A stretch of 64,000 nt of DNA from an uncultured Candidatus Binatia bacterium (GTDB lineage: Bacteria; Desulfobacterota; Binatia; Bin18), in assembly GCA_965200965.1 (NCBI GenBank), contig OZ241744.1, positions 1,856,001 to 1,920,000 on the forward strand, given 5' to 3'. The notes under the pieces are model-generated. The model had not been told where the DNA came from, made no database searches, and saw only the letters and a program-made list of their open reading frames with translations. Below, piece after piece: positions 49,517 through 58,269 of the stretch; position 1 is the first letter of the stretch; each line of letters opens with the position of its first letter. Both the position numbers and the translations under genes were made by a program.

Positions 49517-50287
49517 GTGGACTGGGCTGCCTTGATCCGATCCACGCTGCGCCTGTATCGCGCCACTGCCCTCGAAACCTGGCAGAACATGCAGCGGGCT
49601 TGGTGGGTGGCCCTGCTGCCCTTCGGGTATCTGCTGATCCTGCTTGTAGTGGCGCAATTCGCCGCCGCGCTGGGCCGTATCGGCAGTTTCATCCTGGGTT
49701 TTGCGCTGGCCATGTGCAGCGGCTCATACTTATACTTCATCTCCGAGGTGGTGCAGGGCAAGCGGGTGCTGCCCCTCGAGTTGGTTGACAGTTGGCGGCC
49801 GTACTGGAGCCCGGTCCTGACCATGCTGTTTTTCGTATTCATCCTGCGCATCGCGCTCGGCGTTCTGGTCGTGCCGAGCCAGTCTTCGCAAACGATTCTG
49901 TCGCTGATCAACCTAGTCCTGCTCATCATTTTGAACCCGCTCCCGGAGATCATCTATCAGGGCCGCAGCGCCGGCTTCGCCATGCTCCAGGAGAGTCTGG
50001 ATTTTCTGTGGGACAACGGGGTGGAGTGGTTTGTGCCGCTGCTCGGTCTGGCGCTGGTGTCCGCGGTCGTCCTGCCGCTGTCGGTCCTGGCCGCTCCGCT
50101 GGAGATTGGGCGTCTGTCTTTTCCAACGCTGCTGGACGACCTGCTGTCTGGCTCCCCCGCGGCGTTGCTGGTGGCCGGCCTGAACGCTGGGCTGCTGTAC
50201 GCGCTGATGGTCTTTCGGGGCCTGCTGTTCCGCAAGCTGTCCGACAACTCCCGACGCCAACGGATGTACCGCGCCCGGCTCGACTAA
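49517..50287 (+). CDS. Hypothetical integral membrane protein
   Basis: Several hydrophobic helices; NPLPEIIYQ, N..EW, MVFRG.LF..L..RRQR. Confidence 0.75.
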   Translation: MDWAALIRSTLRLYRATALETWQNMQRAWWVALLPFGYLLILLVVAQFAAALGRIGSFILGFALAMCSGSYLYFISEVVQGKRVLPLELVDSWRPYWSPVLTMLFFVFILRIALGVLVVPSQSSQTILSLINLVLLIILNPLPEIIYQGRSAGFAMLQESLDFLWDNGVEWFVPLLGLALVSAVVLPLSVLAAPLEIGRLSFPTLLDDLLSGSPAALLVAGLNAGLLYALMVFRGLLFRKLSDNSRRQRMYRARLD

Positions 50288-50325
50288 CTCTCAACATTTG
50301 CCGGTTTTCCGTTCAAAAGGCGGCA

Positions 50326-50736
50326 TCAGCCACCCTTGCGTTCCTCGATGGCCGACTTGAGCGGCTCCACCAGGTCTTCGGGTAAGCCCATCTCCCGCTT
50401 GCCGACCAGAACAGAACTGCCTTTGGGGTCGCTGAAAAATACGCCGCTCATTTCGGACCCCCCGCCAATCAGCCGACTGGTTCCCAGCCGGAAATATTTG
50501 CCACGCAGTCCGGTGAGATCATACTGATTGCCAACGCTTTTGACCTCCCAGCCGTGTTCCGGGGCCAGCCCGGTCAGAATATCTATCGCCTCCTCGGGGG
50601 AGACATGCAGGTAGAGCCGCTTCCCCTCTCCCCCGTCTTCGGAGTCGGAGCGGAAACCCGGGATTGAGCTACAGCCCAGCCCGACAAGCAGCCAGCCCAC
50701 CGCCAGCCAGCCCGCCAGCCGCTGTTGTGTCCGCAT
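50326..50736 (-). CDS. Hypothetical lipoprotein
   Basis: Signal peptide ending LGC; GAGG RBS. Confidence 0.7.
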   Translation of the reverse strand: MRTQQRLAGWLAVGWLLVGLGCSSIPGFRSDSEDGGEGKRLYLHVSPEEAIDILTGLAPEHGWEVKSVGNQYDLTGLRGKYFRLGTSRLIGGGSEMSGVFFSDPKGSSVLVGKREMGLPEDLVEPLKSAIEERKGG

Positions 50737-50782
50737 GTGTTCGCGTCCTCGCCTCTTTTCTGGTACAGTAGGATAATAGGAA

Positions 50783-52942
50783 ATGCACCCTTCCTCAACA
50801 TCCCGACAAAAAATGGGGCTGGGTCCCGGCCGGCGGCTGGTATCTGGCTTGGTGTGTCTAGGCTATCTGCTAGTGGCCGGGGCTCCCGCCGCCCAGGCCG
50901 AGGCATCGGCCAGACCAGACCCGGCCGGCGAGTTGTTTCGGCAGGGCTATCACGCGGTCCAGGCCGGACAGTTCGCCACCGCCCAGCGGCTACTGCAACA
51001 GGCGCGACAAGCCTATCCGCTCCTGGCCGATTACAGCCTGCACTACCTGGCCCAGGCGCAACTCAAGACCGGCCAGTCCATCCGGGCAAAACACACTTGG
51101 CTGCGCCTGCTCAGCGAGCATACGGGCAGTCCGTGGCGCGGACACGCCAAGCTGGCTTTGGCCCGGCTGGCGCAGGCAGAAAAAAACTGGCCCGAGGCCC
51201 TGCGCTATGCCGACCGGGCACACAAGGCTGAGGTGAAGTCGGTCCGGCACGCGGCCAGCCTCATTGCGGCCCAGGCCCAGGAACACACCGGCCGGCCCCA
51301 CGCGGCCTATGCCTTGTATCAGCAGTTGCGCCGCGCCGCGCCGCTGTCCGCGGCCGGTCAAACCGCCAAAACACACGCCCTGCGGCTGCGCCGGACGGCT
51401 GCGCTTCAGCCCAAGGCGGCGGCGGACTATATCGAAGAAATGCAGCTCCTCGTCCTGGAGGCTGACCAGCCAGCCCTGGCCGCCCTGAGTCGGCAGTTCA
51501 AGCAGCGCTTTGGGCTGAGCCGGCTCTCGACCCCACAACTCCGAGCCGTGGCCACACTCTATCGCGCCCAGGGCCGGACCCAAGACGCGGCCGCGGCCCT
51601 GCAAACGCTGGTCAAGCGATCGCCGGGCAGCGCCAGCGCCTTATACCGCTGGGCCAGACTGCTGTGGAACGCCGATCAGGACGGGCCGGCGCTTGACCTG
51701 TTTGAGCGCCTAGTCAACACCTTCCCCCGCCACCGGCTGGCGGCTGAGGCGCTGTACGCCATCGGTCGCATCCATCAATCGGGCAAGGACGAGACGCGCG
51801 CCAGCCGTGTCTACCGGCAGTTGGCCGAGCGCTTTCCCGCAAGCGCGGCAGCCCAGGACGGACGCTGGCGTCAGGGTTGGATGGCCTATCAGCGCGGAGA
51901 TTTTGGCCAGGCCGAGCAGCACTTTGCCGGCCTCGTCCGCCTGCTCCCCAACGGGGCGGCCAGCGCCCTGTACTGGCAGGCGCGCAGCCTTGACAAACAG
52001 GCCAGGCGCGACCGGGCAGATGCGCTCTACCGCCGGTTGTTACAGGATGAGGCCGGGGGATATTATGCCTTGTGGGCGGAAAAACGACTCGGGCTGAGGC
52101 CCCTGCCGCTGGCCCTGGCCGCCCAGCCCGAGGGCCGCAGCCCGGAAGGAGAGAACGTGTCGCCTTCCTCTCGACCGGATGACATGTTCACTCCTCCGCT
52201 CTCGCCACGCCTGAGTGTCTACTATCAGCGCAGCCAGGCCCTTGCCCGGCTTGGGTTGTTGGAGTTCGCCCGGCGCGAACTCGATCGTCTCAAAAAGGCC
52301 GCCCCGAGCGGCCCGGCCTTTCGGCGGTTTTTCCTGCGTGAGTACCACCGGCTGAACAGCCACCACCGTGCGCTACGCTTGGCCCAAGCCTTGCCGGCCG
52401 GCGAACGCCGGCCCTACGACTTTCCGCGCGCCTACTGGCCGGCCCTCCAGACCCATGCCCGGGCCCAGCGGCTCGACCCCTATCTGGTGCTGGCCCTGAT
52501 CCGCCAGGAAAGTCTGTTTGACCCCCGGGCCGTCTCTCCGGCCCGCGCTTACGGCCTGATGCAGCTCTTGCCGAGCACCGCGGCAAAGCTGCTTGGGCCG
52601 GGCATGGAGTTGCGGCTGACAGACCCCGACCGGAACATCGAACTCGGCACACGCTACCTGCGCCAGCTGCTCGACCGCTACAACGACAACCTCATCCTGG
52701 GGCTTGCCGGCTATAACGCCGGACCACAGGCGGTGGACAAGTGGCGCACCCGCTTCCCGTACGCCGAGGCTGACGAGTTTGTGGAAAACATCAGCTACCG
52801 CGAAACCCGCGATTATGTCAAAAAAGTGCTCCGCAATTATCGGACCTATCGACGGCTGTACGAGCCGGCAGGCGTCGTCAGCCGGCTGGGCCCACAGGCC
52901 CAGCCGGCACAACACGGGAGGAAGACCGAATGGCACAACTGA
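50783..52942 (+). CDS. slt: Soluble lytic murein transglycosylase with TPR-like repeats
   Basis: ALIRQES.F, AYGLMQL, NIELGTRYL, AGYNAGP, ETRDYVKKV; start uncertain. Confidence 0.9.
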   Translation: MHPSSTSRQKMGLGPGRRLVSGLVCLGYLLVAGAPAAQAEASARPDPAGELFRQGYHAVQAGQFATAQRLLQQARQAYPLLADYSLHYLAQAQLKTGQSIRAKHTWLRLLSEHTGSPWRGHAKLALARLAQAEKNWPEALRYADRAHKAEVKSVRHAASLIAAQAQEHTGRPHAAYALYQQLRRAAPLSAAGQTAKTHALRLRRTAALQPKAAADYIEEMQLLVLEADQPALAALSRQFKQRFGLSRLSTPQLRAVATLYRAQGRTQDAAAALQTLVKRSPGSASALYRWARLLWNADQDGPALDLFERLVNTFPRHRLAAEALYAIGRIHQSGKDETRASRVYRQLAERFPASAAAQDGRWRQGWMAYQRGDFGQAEQHFAGLVRLLPNGAASALYWQARSLDKQARRDRADALYRRLLQDEAGGYYALWAEKRLGLRPLPLALAAQPEGRSPEGENVSPSSRPDDMFTPPLSPRLSVYYQRSQALARLGLLEFARRELDRLKKAAPSGPAFRRFFLREYHRLNSHHRALRLAQALPAGERRPYDFPRAYWPALQTHARAQRLDPYLVLALIRQESLFDPRAVSPARAYGLMQLLPSTAAKLLGPGMELRLTDPDRNIELGTRYLRQLLDRYNDNLILGLAGYNAGPQAVDKWRTRFPYAEADEFVENISYRETRDYVKKVLRNYRTYRRLYEPAGVVSRLGPQAQPAQHGRKTEWHN
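52147..52195. repeat. 49-bp palindromic element inserted in frame in slt
   Basis: aggagagaacgtgtcgccttcctctcgaccggatgacatgttcactcct, read as (E)GENVSPSSRPDDMFTP. Confidence 0.9.
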
Positions 52943-53751
52943 GTGGAAAAGTTGCCCTCGTCACCGGCGGCGGCCGGGGCATTGGACGGGGAATCAGCCT
53001 AGCCCTGGCCACGGCCGGGGCCGATGTAGCGATTGCCGACATTGAACAGCTGAGCAGCAGCGCCCAGCAGTACCAGAATACGGCAGTCGGTGGACTAGCC
53101 GCCGCCCAACAGACCGCCGGAGAACTCACACGCCTGGGCCGACGGGCCATCGTCCTCCAGGCCGACGTGACCAGAAAAGCCGATGTTCAGCGCATGGTTG
53201 CCGAGACGGTTGAGCAGCTGGGCGACCTCCACATCCTGGTCTGTAACGCCGGGGTGGTGAATATCGGCCAAGTCGAAAGCCTGACCGAAGAGGCCTGGGA
53301 TGTGACTTTCAGCGTCAATGTCAAAGGTGTGTTTCTGTCCTGCCAAGCCGCTATCCCGGTCATGCAAGCGCGGGGGGACGGCTGCATCATTAACATTGCC
53401 TCGGTGGCCGGCAAGAATGGGGCAGCCGGCCTAGCCCACTACTGCGGGTCAAAGTTCGCGGTGGTGGGTTTTAGCAATTCCCTGGCCAAAGAACTCGCGC
53501 CGGCCAACATCCGGGTCAACGCGATTTGCCCCGGCATTCTGCGCACCCAGATGTGGGAGTACTTGGCCGAGACCATGAAGCGCGGCGACGAAACAAAAGA
53601 AGATGCCTGGCAGCGTTACCTCAGCAGCCTGATTCCTCTGGGTCGGGCCCAGACACCGGCCGACATCGGTCAACTGGCGGTCTATCTGGCTACTGCCGAA
53701 AATGTCACCGGCCAAGCCATGAATGTGGACGGCGGGATGGAACTGCACTGA
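52930..53751 (+). CDS. Short-chain dehydrogenase/reductase
   Basis: TGGGRGIG, CNAGV, NIAS, HYCGSKFAV, NAICPG, VDGG. Confidence 0.92.
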   Translation: MAQLSGKVALVTGGGRGIGRGISLALATAGADVAIADIEQLSSSAQQYQNTAVGGLAAAQQTAGELTRLGRRAIVLQADVTRKADVQRMVAETVEQLGDLHILVCNAGVVNIGQVESLTEEAWDVTFSVNVKGVFLSCQAAIPVMQARGDGCIINIASVAGKNGAAGLAHYCGSKFAVVGFSNSLAKELAPANIRVNAICPGILRTQMWEYLAETMKRGDETKEDAWQRYLSSLIPLGRAQTPADIGQLAVYLATAENVTGQAMNVDGGMELH

Positions 53752-53807
53752 GCAGGCCGCAGCTGCCCACAGCCGGGGAGCGTAGGCCGCTTCTCTCACG
53801 AGCTGGC

Positions 53808-54710
53808 ATGACGCATGCGCATCACTCCACAGTCCCGAACTACAACCGGGCCTTCGCCGTTGGGGTGTCGCTCAATGTCGGCTTTGTGATTCTTGAAGCG
53901 GTCTGTGGCATTGCGGCCGGCTCGCTGGCGCTGGTGGCAGACGCCGGACACAATCTGAGCGACGTGGCGAGCCTGCTCCTGGCCTGGGGGGCGAGTGTCC
54001 TAGCCGCGCGTAAACCCACGCCGAGGCGCAGCTATGGGTTTCGGCGGGGGACAATTCTGGCCTCGCTCCTCAGCGCCCTCCTGTTGCTGACGGCTCTGTG
54101 CCTTATTGCCTGGGCGGCCTTCGGACGGCTGTCCGCTCCCCACCCGGTGAGTGGCGGCACGATTCTTGTCGTGGCCGGCGCAGGGGTGGTGGTGAATGCG
54201 GCAACGGCCCTGCTGTTTGTGGCGGACCGCAAACGCGACCTCAACATTCGGGGCGCGTATCTGCATATGGCGGCCGATGCCGGGGTATCGCTGGGGGTGG
54301 TGGCGGCGGGCATCGCCATCATGGCCACCGGCTGGCTGTGGCTGGACCCGGCGATCAGTCTGCTCATCAGCGCTCTTATTCTTGTCAGCGCGGTGGGCCT
54401 GTTGCGCGACTCGGTGAATCTGGCCCTTGATTCGGCACCGGCCGATATTGATCCGCTGGCGGTTGAAGCCTATCTGAGCGGCCTGCCGGATGTGACAACA
54501 GTCCACGATCTGCATATCTGGGCGATGAGTACGACCGAGGTGGCCCTGACCGCCCATCTGGTCGTCCCGCAGCACTTGACCGATGCGGGTTTTGTCCACC
54601 GCATCTCACACCGGCTGCACGACCGCTTTGGGATTGACCACGCGACCTTGCAGATTGAACGGGGCGAGGAAGAGGAATTCTGTAAACAGGCCCATCCGGA
54701 AAGCGTCTGA
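53808..54710 (+). CDS. Cation diffusion facilitator (CzcD-like Zn/Co/Cd exporter)
   Basis: SLALVADAGHNLSD, LNIRGAYLHMAAD, VHDLHIW, HATLQIE. Confidence 0.93.
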   Translation: MTHAHHSTVPNYNRAFAVGVSLNVGFVILEAVCGIAAGSLALVADAGHNLSDVASLLLAWGASVLAARKPTPRRSYGFRRGTILASLLSALLLLTALCLIAWAAFGRLSAPHPVSGGTILVVAGAGVVVNAATALLFVADRKRDLNIRGAYLHMAADAGVSLGVVAAGIAIMATGWLWLDPAISLLISALILVSAVGLLRDSVNLALDSAPADIDPLAVEAYLSGLPDVTTVHDLHIWAMSTTEVALTAHLVVPQHLTDAGFVHRISHRLHDRFGIDHATLQIERGEEEEFCKQAHPESV

Positions 54711-54722
54711 GGCGACATGCGC

Positions 54723-56165
54723 CTATGCGGCGGATTCATCGAGGGCGGCCAGCAATTTGCGCGGCAGGCCGCCAAACGCCCCGTTCGACATAATCAGCAC
54801 CACGTCTCCCGATTGGCAGGCCTCGGTCAGCAAGGCGCATATGTCGTCCACGCTGTGGCCCTGGCGGGCCGGCTTGGCCGCGGCCCGCAGGTCGGCAACC
54901 AGTTCAGCCGGGGAGAACAGGTCGTGGGCGGTGAGCGGGTCTTGGGGTTTGCTGAAAACCGGGCCGATCATGACCTGATCCGCGACGGCCAGGGCACGGG
55001 TAAGCGGCTGCTGGAAAATACGCCGGCGGCAGGTGTTGGAGCGCGGCTCAAAGACCGCCCAGACCCGTCGCCGGGGATAGCGCAGCCGCACCGCTTCGAT
55101 GGTCACTGCGACCGCGGTTGGGTGGTGGGCAAAGTCATCAATAATCGTCACCCCGCGCGCTTCTCCGACCAGTTCCTGACGGCGCGCCACGCCCCGAAAA
55201 CTGGCCAGACCCGGTGCGATCTGCTCGGCGGACAGGCCGAGCGCGGAGGCCAGGGCGACCGCGCCCAGAGCGTTCCGGACATTCATCCGGCCCAGTGAGG
55301 GCAGGGAAAAGCGGCCACGCTCCCGACCGTGGTAGAACGCGCTGAAGGTAAACCGGCTGCCGTCGTCAAGTGCGTCCCGGGCCTGCCAGTCGGCCTCGGG
55401 GTGAAAGCCAAAGCTGGCGAACTCGCCCCGATACGAGCCGGCCAACTCCAGGGTAGCGGGGAAATCATGGCAGAGCAGGACCGGGGCGGCGGCTGGAACA
55501 ATGGCCAGCAGGCGACGAAAAGCCGACTGGATGTGGGCCAAGTCAGTGTAGATATCGGCGTGGTCAAACTCCACCGCGTTGAGCAACACCGCCCTGGGCC
55601 GGTAGTGCAGAAACTTGGGACCCTTGTCAAAAAAGGCCGAGTCGTACTCATCGCCCTCAATCGCAAAGTACTTGCCGGTCCCGATCTGATAGCCCCGTCC
55701 GAAATTCTGACTGACCCCGCCGACCAGGAAGCTGGGCTGAAGCCCGGCCCGTTCCAGCACCCAGGCCAACAGGGCCGTAGTGGTGGTTTTGCCGTGCGTG
55801 CCGGCCACTACCAGAGGCCGCTTGTCGGCCAGAAAAAAGTCGGCGATGGCCTGCGGAAAGGACAGGTACGGAATCGGGGTTTCGAGCAGTCTGTGGACCT
55901 CCGGGTTGGTGCGTGACACTGCGTTGCCAACAACGACCAGATCGGGGGCGGGGGTTAGATTGTGGGCGTGATAGCCCGCCATCACCGCAATACCGGCCTC
56001 GGCCAGAACCTCGCTCATCGGCGGGTAGACCCCCTGGTCTGAGCCGCTGACCCGATAGCCCCGCTCTTTGAGCATGACGGCCAGGGTTGCCATGCCGACA
56101 CCAGCAACGGCAATCAGGTGGATGTGCGCACCGGGGGGGGGCGGCTGGGGGGTGCTGTCAGGCAT
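54723..56165 (-). CDS. mpl: Murein peptide ligase
   Basis: GSDQGVYPPMS, AGTHGKTTTT, EGDEYDSAFFDKGPKFLHY, EFDHADIY, DDFAHHPTA, FEPRSNT, MSNGAFGG. Confidence 0.93.
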   Translation of the reverse strand: MPDSTPQPPPPGAHIHLIAVAGVGMATLAVMLKERGYRVSGSDQGVYPPMSEVLAEAGIAVMAGYHAHNLTPAPDLVVVGNAVSRTNPEVHRLLETPIPYLSFPQAIADFFLADKRPLVVAGTHGKTTTTALLAWVLERAGLQPSFLVGGVSQNFGRGYQIGTGKYFAIEGDEYDSAFFDKGPKFLHYRPRAVLLNAVEFDHADIYTDLAHIQSAFRRLLAIVPAAAPVLLCHDFPATLELAGSYRGEFASFGFHPEADWQARDALDDGSRFTFSAFYHGRERGRFSLPSLGRMNVRNALGAVALASALGLSAEQIAPGLASFRGVARRQELVGEARGVTIIDDFAHHPTAVAVTIEAVRLRYPRRRVWAVFEPRSNTCRRRIFQQPLTRALAVADQVMIGPVFSKPQDPLTAHDLFSPAELVADLRAAAKPARQGHSVDDICALLTEACQSGDVVLIMSNGAFGGLPRKLLAALDESAA

Positions 56166-57276
56166 GGTTCACTCCTCTCCTCGTGCCAAGCGCGGCGCGC
56201 ATCACGGCGTCGTGCAAGCGCGGGCGGAAAGAGCGGATAGCCGTATTGTTGCGGCTGGGATGAACCCGGTTGGTGAGGAGGATGACATGGACCTGGCGTT
56301 CCAGATCGATCCAGACCGAGGTTCCGGTAAAGCCCAGGTGGCCGACCGAGTGGGCAGAGAACAATTCGCCGGCGCTTGAGCCCTGGGCCGAGCGCGTATC
56401 CCAGCCGAGCGCCCAGCTTGAGCCGGGCACTTGGCCGTCGCGTGTCCAGCACTCGCCGAGCAGCTCCGCGGGCAGAAAAGCGTGCCGGCCGTGATAACAG
56501 TCCACTAGGCGGCTGACCAAACGGTCTACATCGTCCAGGCTGGAAAACACCCCGGCGTGGCCAGCCACCCCGCCCATGACATAGGCGTTCTCGTCGTGGA
56601 CCTGGCCGCAGACCACCCGCCGGCGCCACGCACAGTGCTCGGTGGCGGCAATGTCGTGCGACACAGCCTGGCCGGGCGTGTCCAGATTCACGAAGGTAGT
56701 GGCGGGCAGCCCCAGGGGAGCGAAAACAGACCGCTGACAGTACACGTCGAGGGCTTGGCCGCTCAGCCGTTCAACAAGGGCACCGAGCAGCATAAAGCCG
56801 AGGTCGCTGTACACCGCCCGCTCGCCGGGCGCGGCGGCGAGCGGTTCGCGCCCGATTTGGGCGTATACCCATTCGCGGGCCGCGCGGGGAGCCGGGCCGC
56901 TGATCGCCTCAAAATAGGGACGCCAAGCCGGCAGACCGGACCTGTGGCTCAAGAGGTGACGGACCGTGACCCGGTCTTTTTGCCGGCCCTGAAAATCGGG
57001 CAGAAAGCGGCAGACCGGGTCGTCAAAATCCAGCTTGTGTTGAGCGATGAAGCGGAAGACGGCCAGGCTTGTCGCCAGCGGCTTGGTAAGCGAAGCGAGA
57101 TCAAACAGGGTCTCGACGGTCAGCGGAAGGGGCTGCGGCTCAAGACACCGAAACCCGACCGCCCGACGATAGACGACCGCGCCGGCCCGTCTTACCAGTA
57201 ACGCACCGCCGGGGAAGACGCCCTGCTCAACCGCACATGCGAGCAGGCTGTCAACCGGGGAAAAGTCCATCTTCAT
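56158..57276 (-). CDS. Serine hydrolase, beta-lactamase family
   Basis: DLASLTK (SxxK), LLSHRSG, YSDLGF, VHDENA, GHAG, GHLGFTGTS, LLTNRVHP. Confidence 0.9.
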   Translation of the reverse strand: MKMDFSPVDSLLACAVEQGVFPGGALLVRRAGAVVYRRAVGFRCLEPQPLPLTVETLFDLASLTKPLATSLAVFRFIAQHKLDFDDPVCRFLPDFQGRQKDRVTVRHLLSHRSGLPAWRPYFEAISGPAPRAAREWVYAQIGREPLAAAPGERAVYSDLGFMLLGALVERLSGQALDVYCQRSVFAPLGLPATTFVNLDTPGQAVSHDIAATEHCAWRRRVVCGQVHDENAYVMGGVAGHAGVFSSLDDVDRLVSRLVDCYHGRHAFLPAELLGECWTRDGQVPGSSWALGWDTRSAQGSSAGELFSAHSVGHLGFTGTSVWIDLERQVHVILLTNRVHPSRNNTAIRSFRPRLHDAVMRAALGTRRGVNHA

Positions 57277-57293
57277 ATGCCCCAGGCCGGCCC

Positions 57294-58205
57294 TCAGACC
57301 ACCGCCGGCTCCAAAAAGCGCAACTCTTGCCGCTCTGTATCAAGGCGAACCCGCGTGCCGAGCGGTAGGGCGAAGTTCTCTCCCCCGTGCCCGGCCGGCA
57401 GCCCAAACCCGACCGGATAGGCGTAGTCGGCAAAGATATCCTCGATAACGGCCAGCAGTGGGCCGAGCGTATCGTCCGCTTCCCAGCAGCGGCTCATCTG
57501 GCCGAAGATCACGCCGGCCAGCCCCTCAAGTTTGCCGGCCTGTTTGAGTTGGGTCAGCATCCGGTCCACCCGATACGGCCGCTCGCCCACGTCCTCAAGA
57601 AACAGCACGCAGCCGCGTGTATCGACCGCAAACGGCGTGCCCAGCGTCGCCGTCAGGACGGACAGACAGCCGCCGATCAGCCGCCCTTCTGCCACGCCCG
57701 GCCGGACAAGCGTGGGGAAGGCCAAGCGAGTCTGGCCGGATCCGTGGCTGAGCAGGCCCAGCAGGTGGGACCTGGAGCAGGCCGATAGACCGGTGGCAAA
57801 CTCGCCGGCCACCAAGGGACCATGAAAGCACACAAAACCTGCCCGTTGGACAAGGGCGTTCAGCAACAGCGTCACGTCGCTGTAGCCGAGAAAAATTTTT
57901 GGCCGTAGGGCCAGACGCCGAAAATCGAGCCGGGGCAGCAATCGTCCGCTGCCATAGCCAGCCCGCGAACAGAAGATTGCCCTGACCGTGGGGTCGCCAA
58001 ACATCTCGGACAGATCTTGGGCGCGCTGACTATCCGTCCCGGCCAGGAAACGGTGGCGGTCCAGGACGCGCTGGCCGCGGCGGACGACAAACCCCAACTC
58101 TTCCAGGGCGTGGCAGCCGCGACGGAGCCGTTCCGCGTCTACCCCGGCGGCCGGAGAAATGACCCCGATACAATCACCGGGCCGCAGCCGGGGAGGTTTG
58201 TTCAC
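57294..58205 (-). CDS. ldcA: LD-carboxypeptidase (peptidase S66)
   Basis: KPPRLRPGD, RAGYGS, GYSDVT, GGCL, FLEDVGE, AGHG; start set at GTG 58205 outside the repeat. Confidence 0.9.
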   Translation of the reverse strand: MNKPPRLRPGDCIGVISPAAGVDAERLRRGCHALEELGFVVRRGQRVLDRHRFLAGTDSQRAQDLSEMFGDPTVRAIFCSRAGYGSGRLLPRLDFRRLALRPKIFLGYSDVTLLLNALVQRAGFVCFHGPLVAGEFATGLSACSRSHLLGLLSHGSGQTRLAFPTLVRPGVAEGRLIGGCLSVLTATLGTPFAVDTRGCVLFLEDVGERPYRVDRMLTQLKQAGKLEGLAGVIFGQMSRCWEADDTLGPLLAVIEDIFADYAYPVGFGLPAGHGGENFALPLGTRVRLDTERQELRFLEPAVV

Positions 58206-58220
58206 AGTGGACACGCATCG

Positions 58221-58269
58221 AGGAGTGAACGGGCCGCCTTCCTCTCGACCGGATGACACCTTCACTCCT
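58221..58269. repeat. 49-bp palindromic element overlapping the thrS stop codon
   Basis: aggagtgaacgggccgccttcctctcgaccggatgacaccttcactcct; thrS TGA (58262-58264) lies inside it. Confidence 0.92.

Noticed and set aside
58206-58265. ldcA start inside the palindromic repeat (MKVSSGREE...)
   Set aside because: The extension is repeat-derived; family similarity begins at KPPRL
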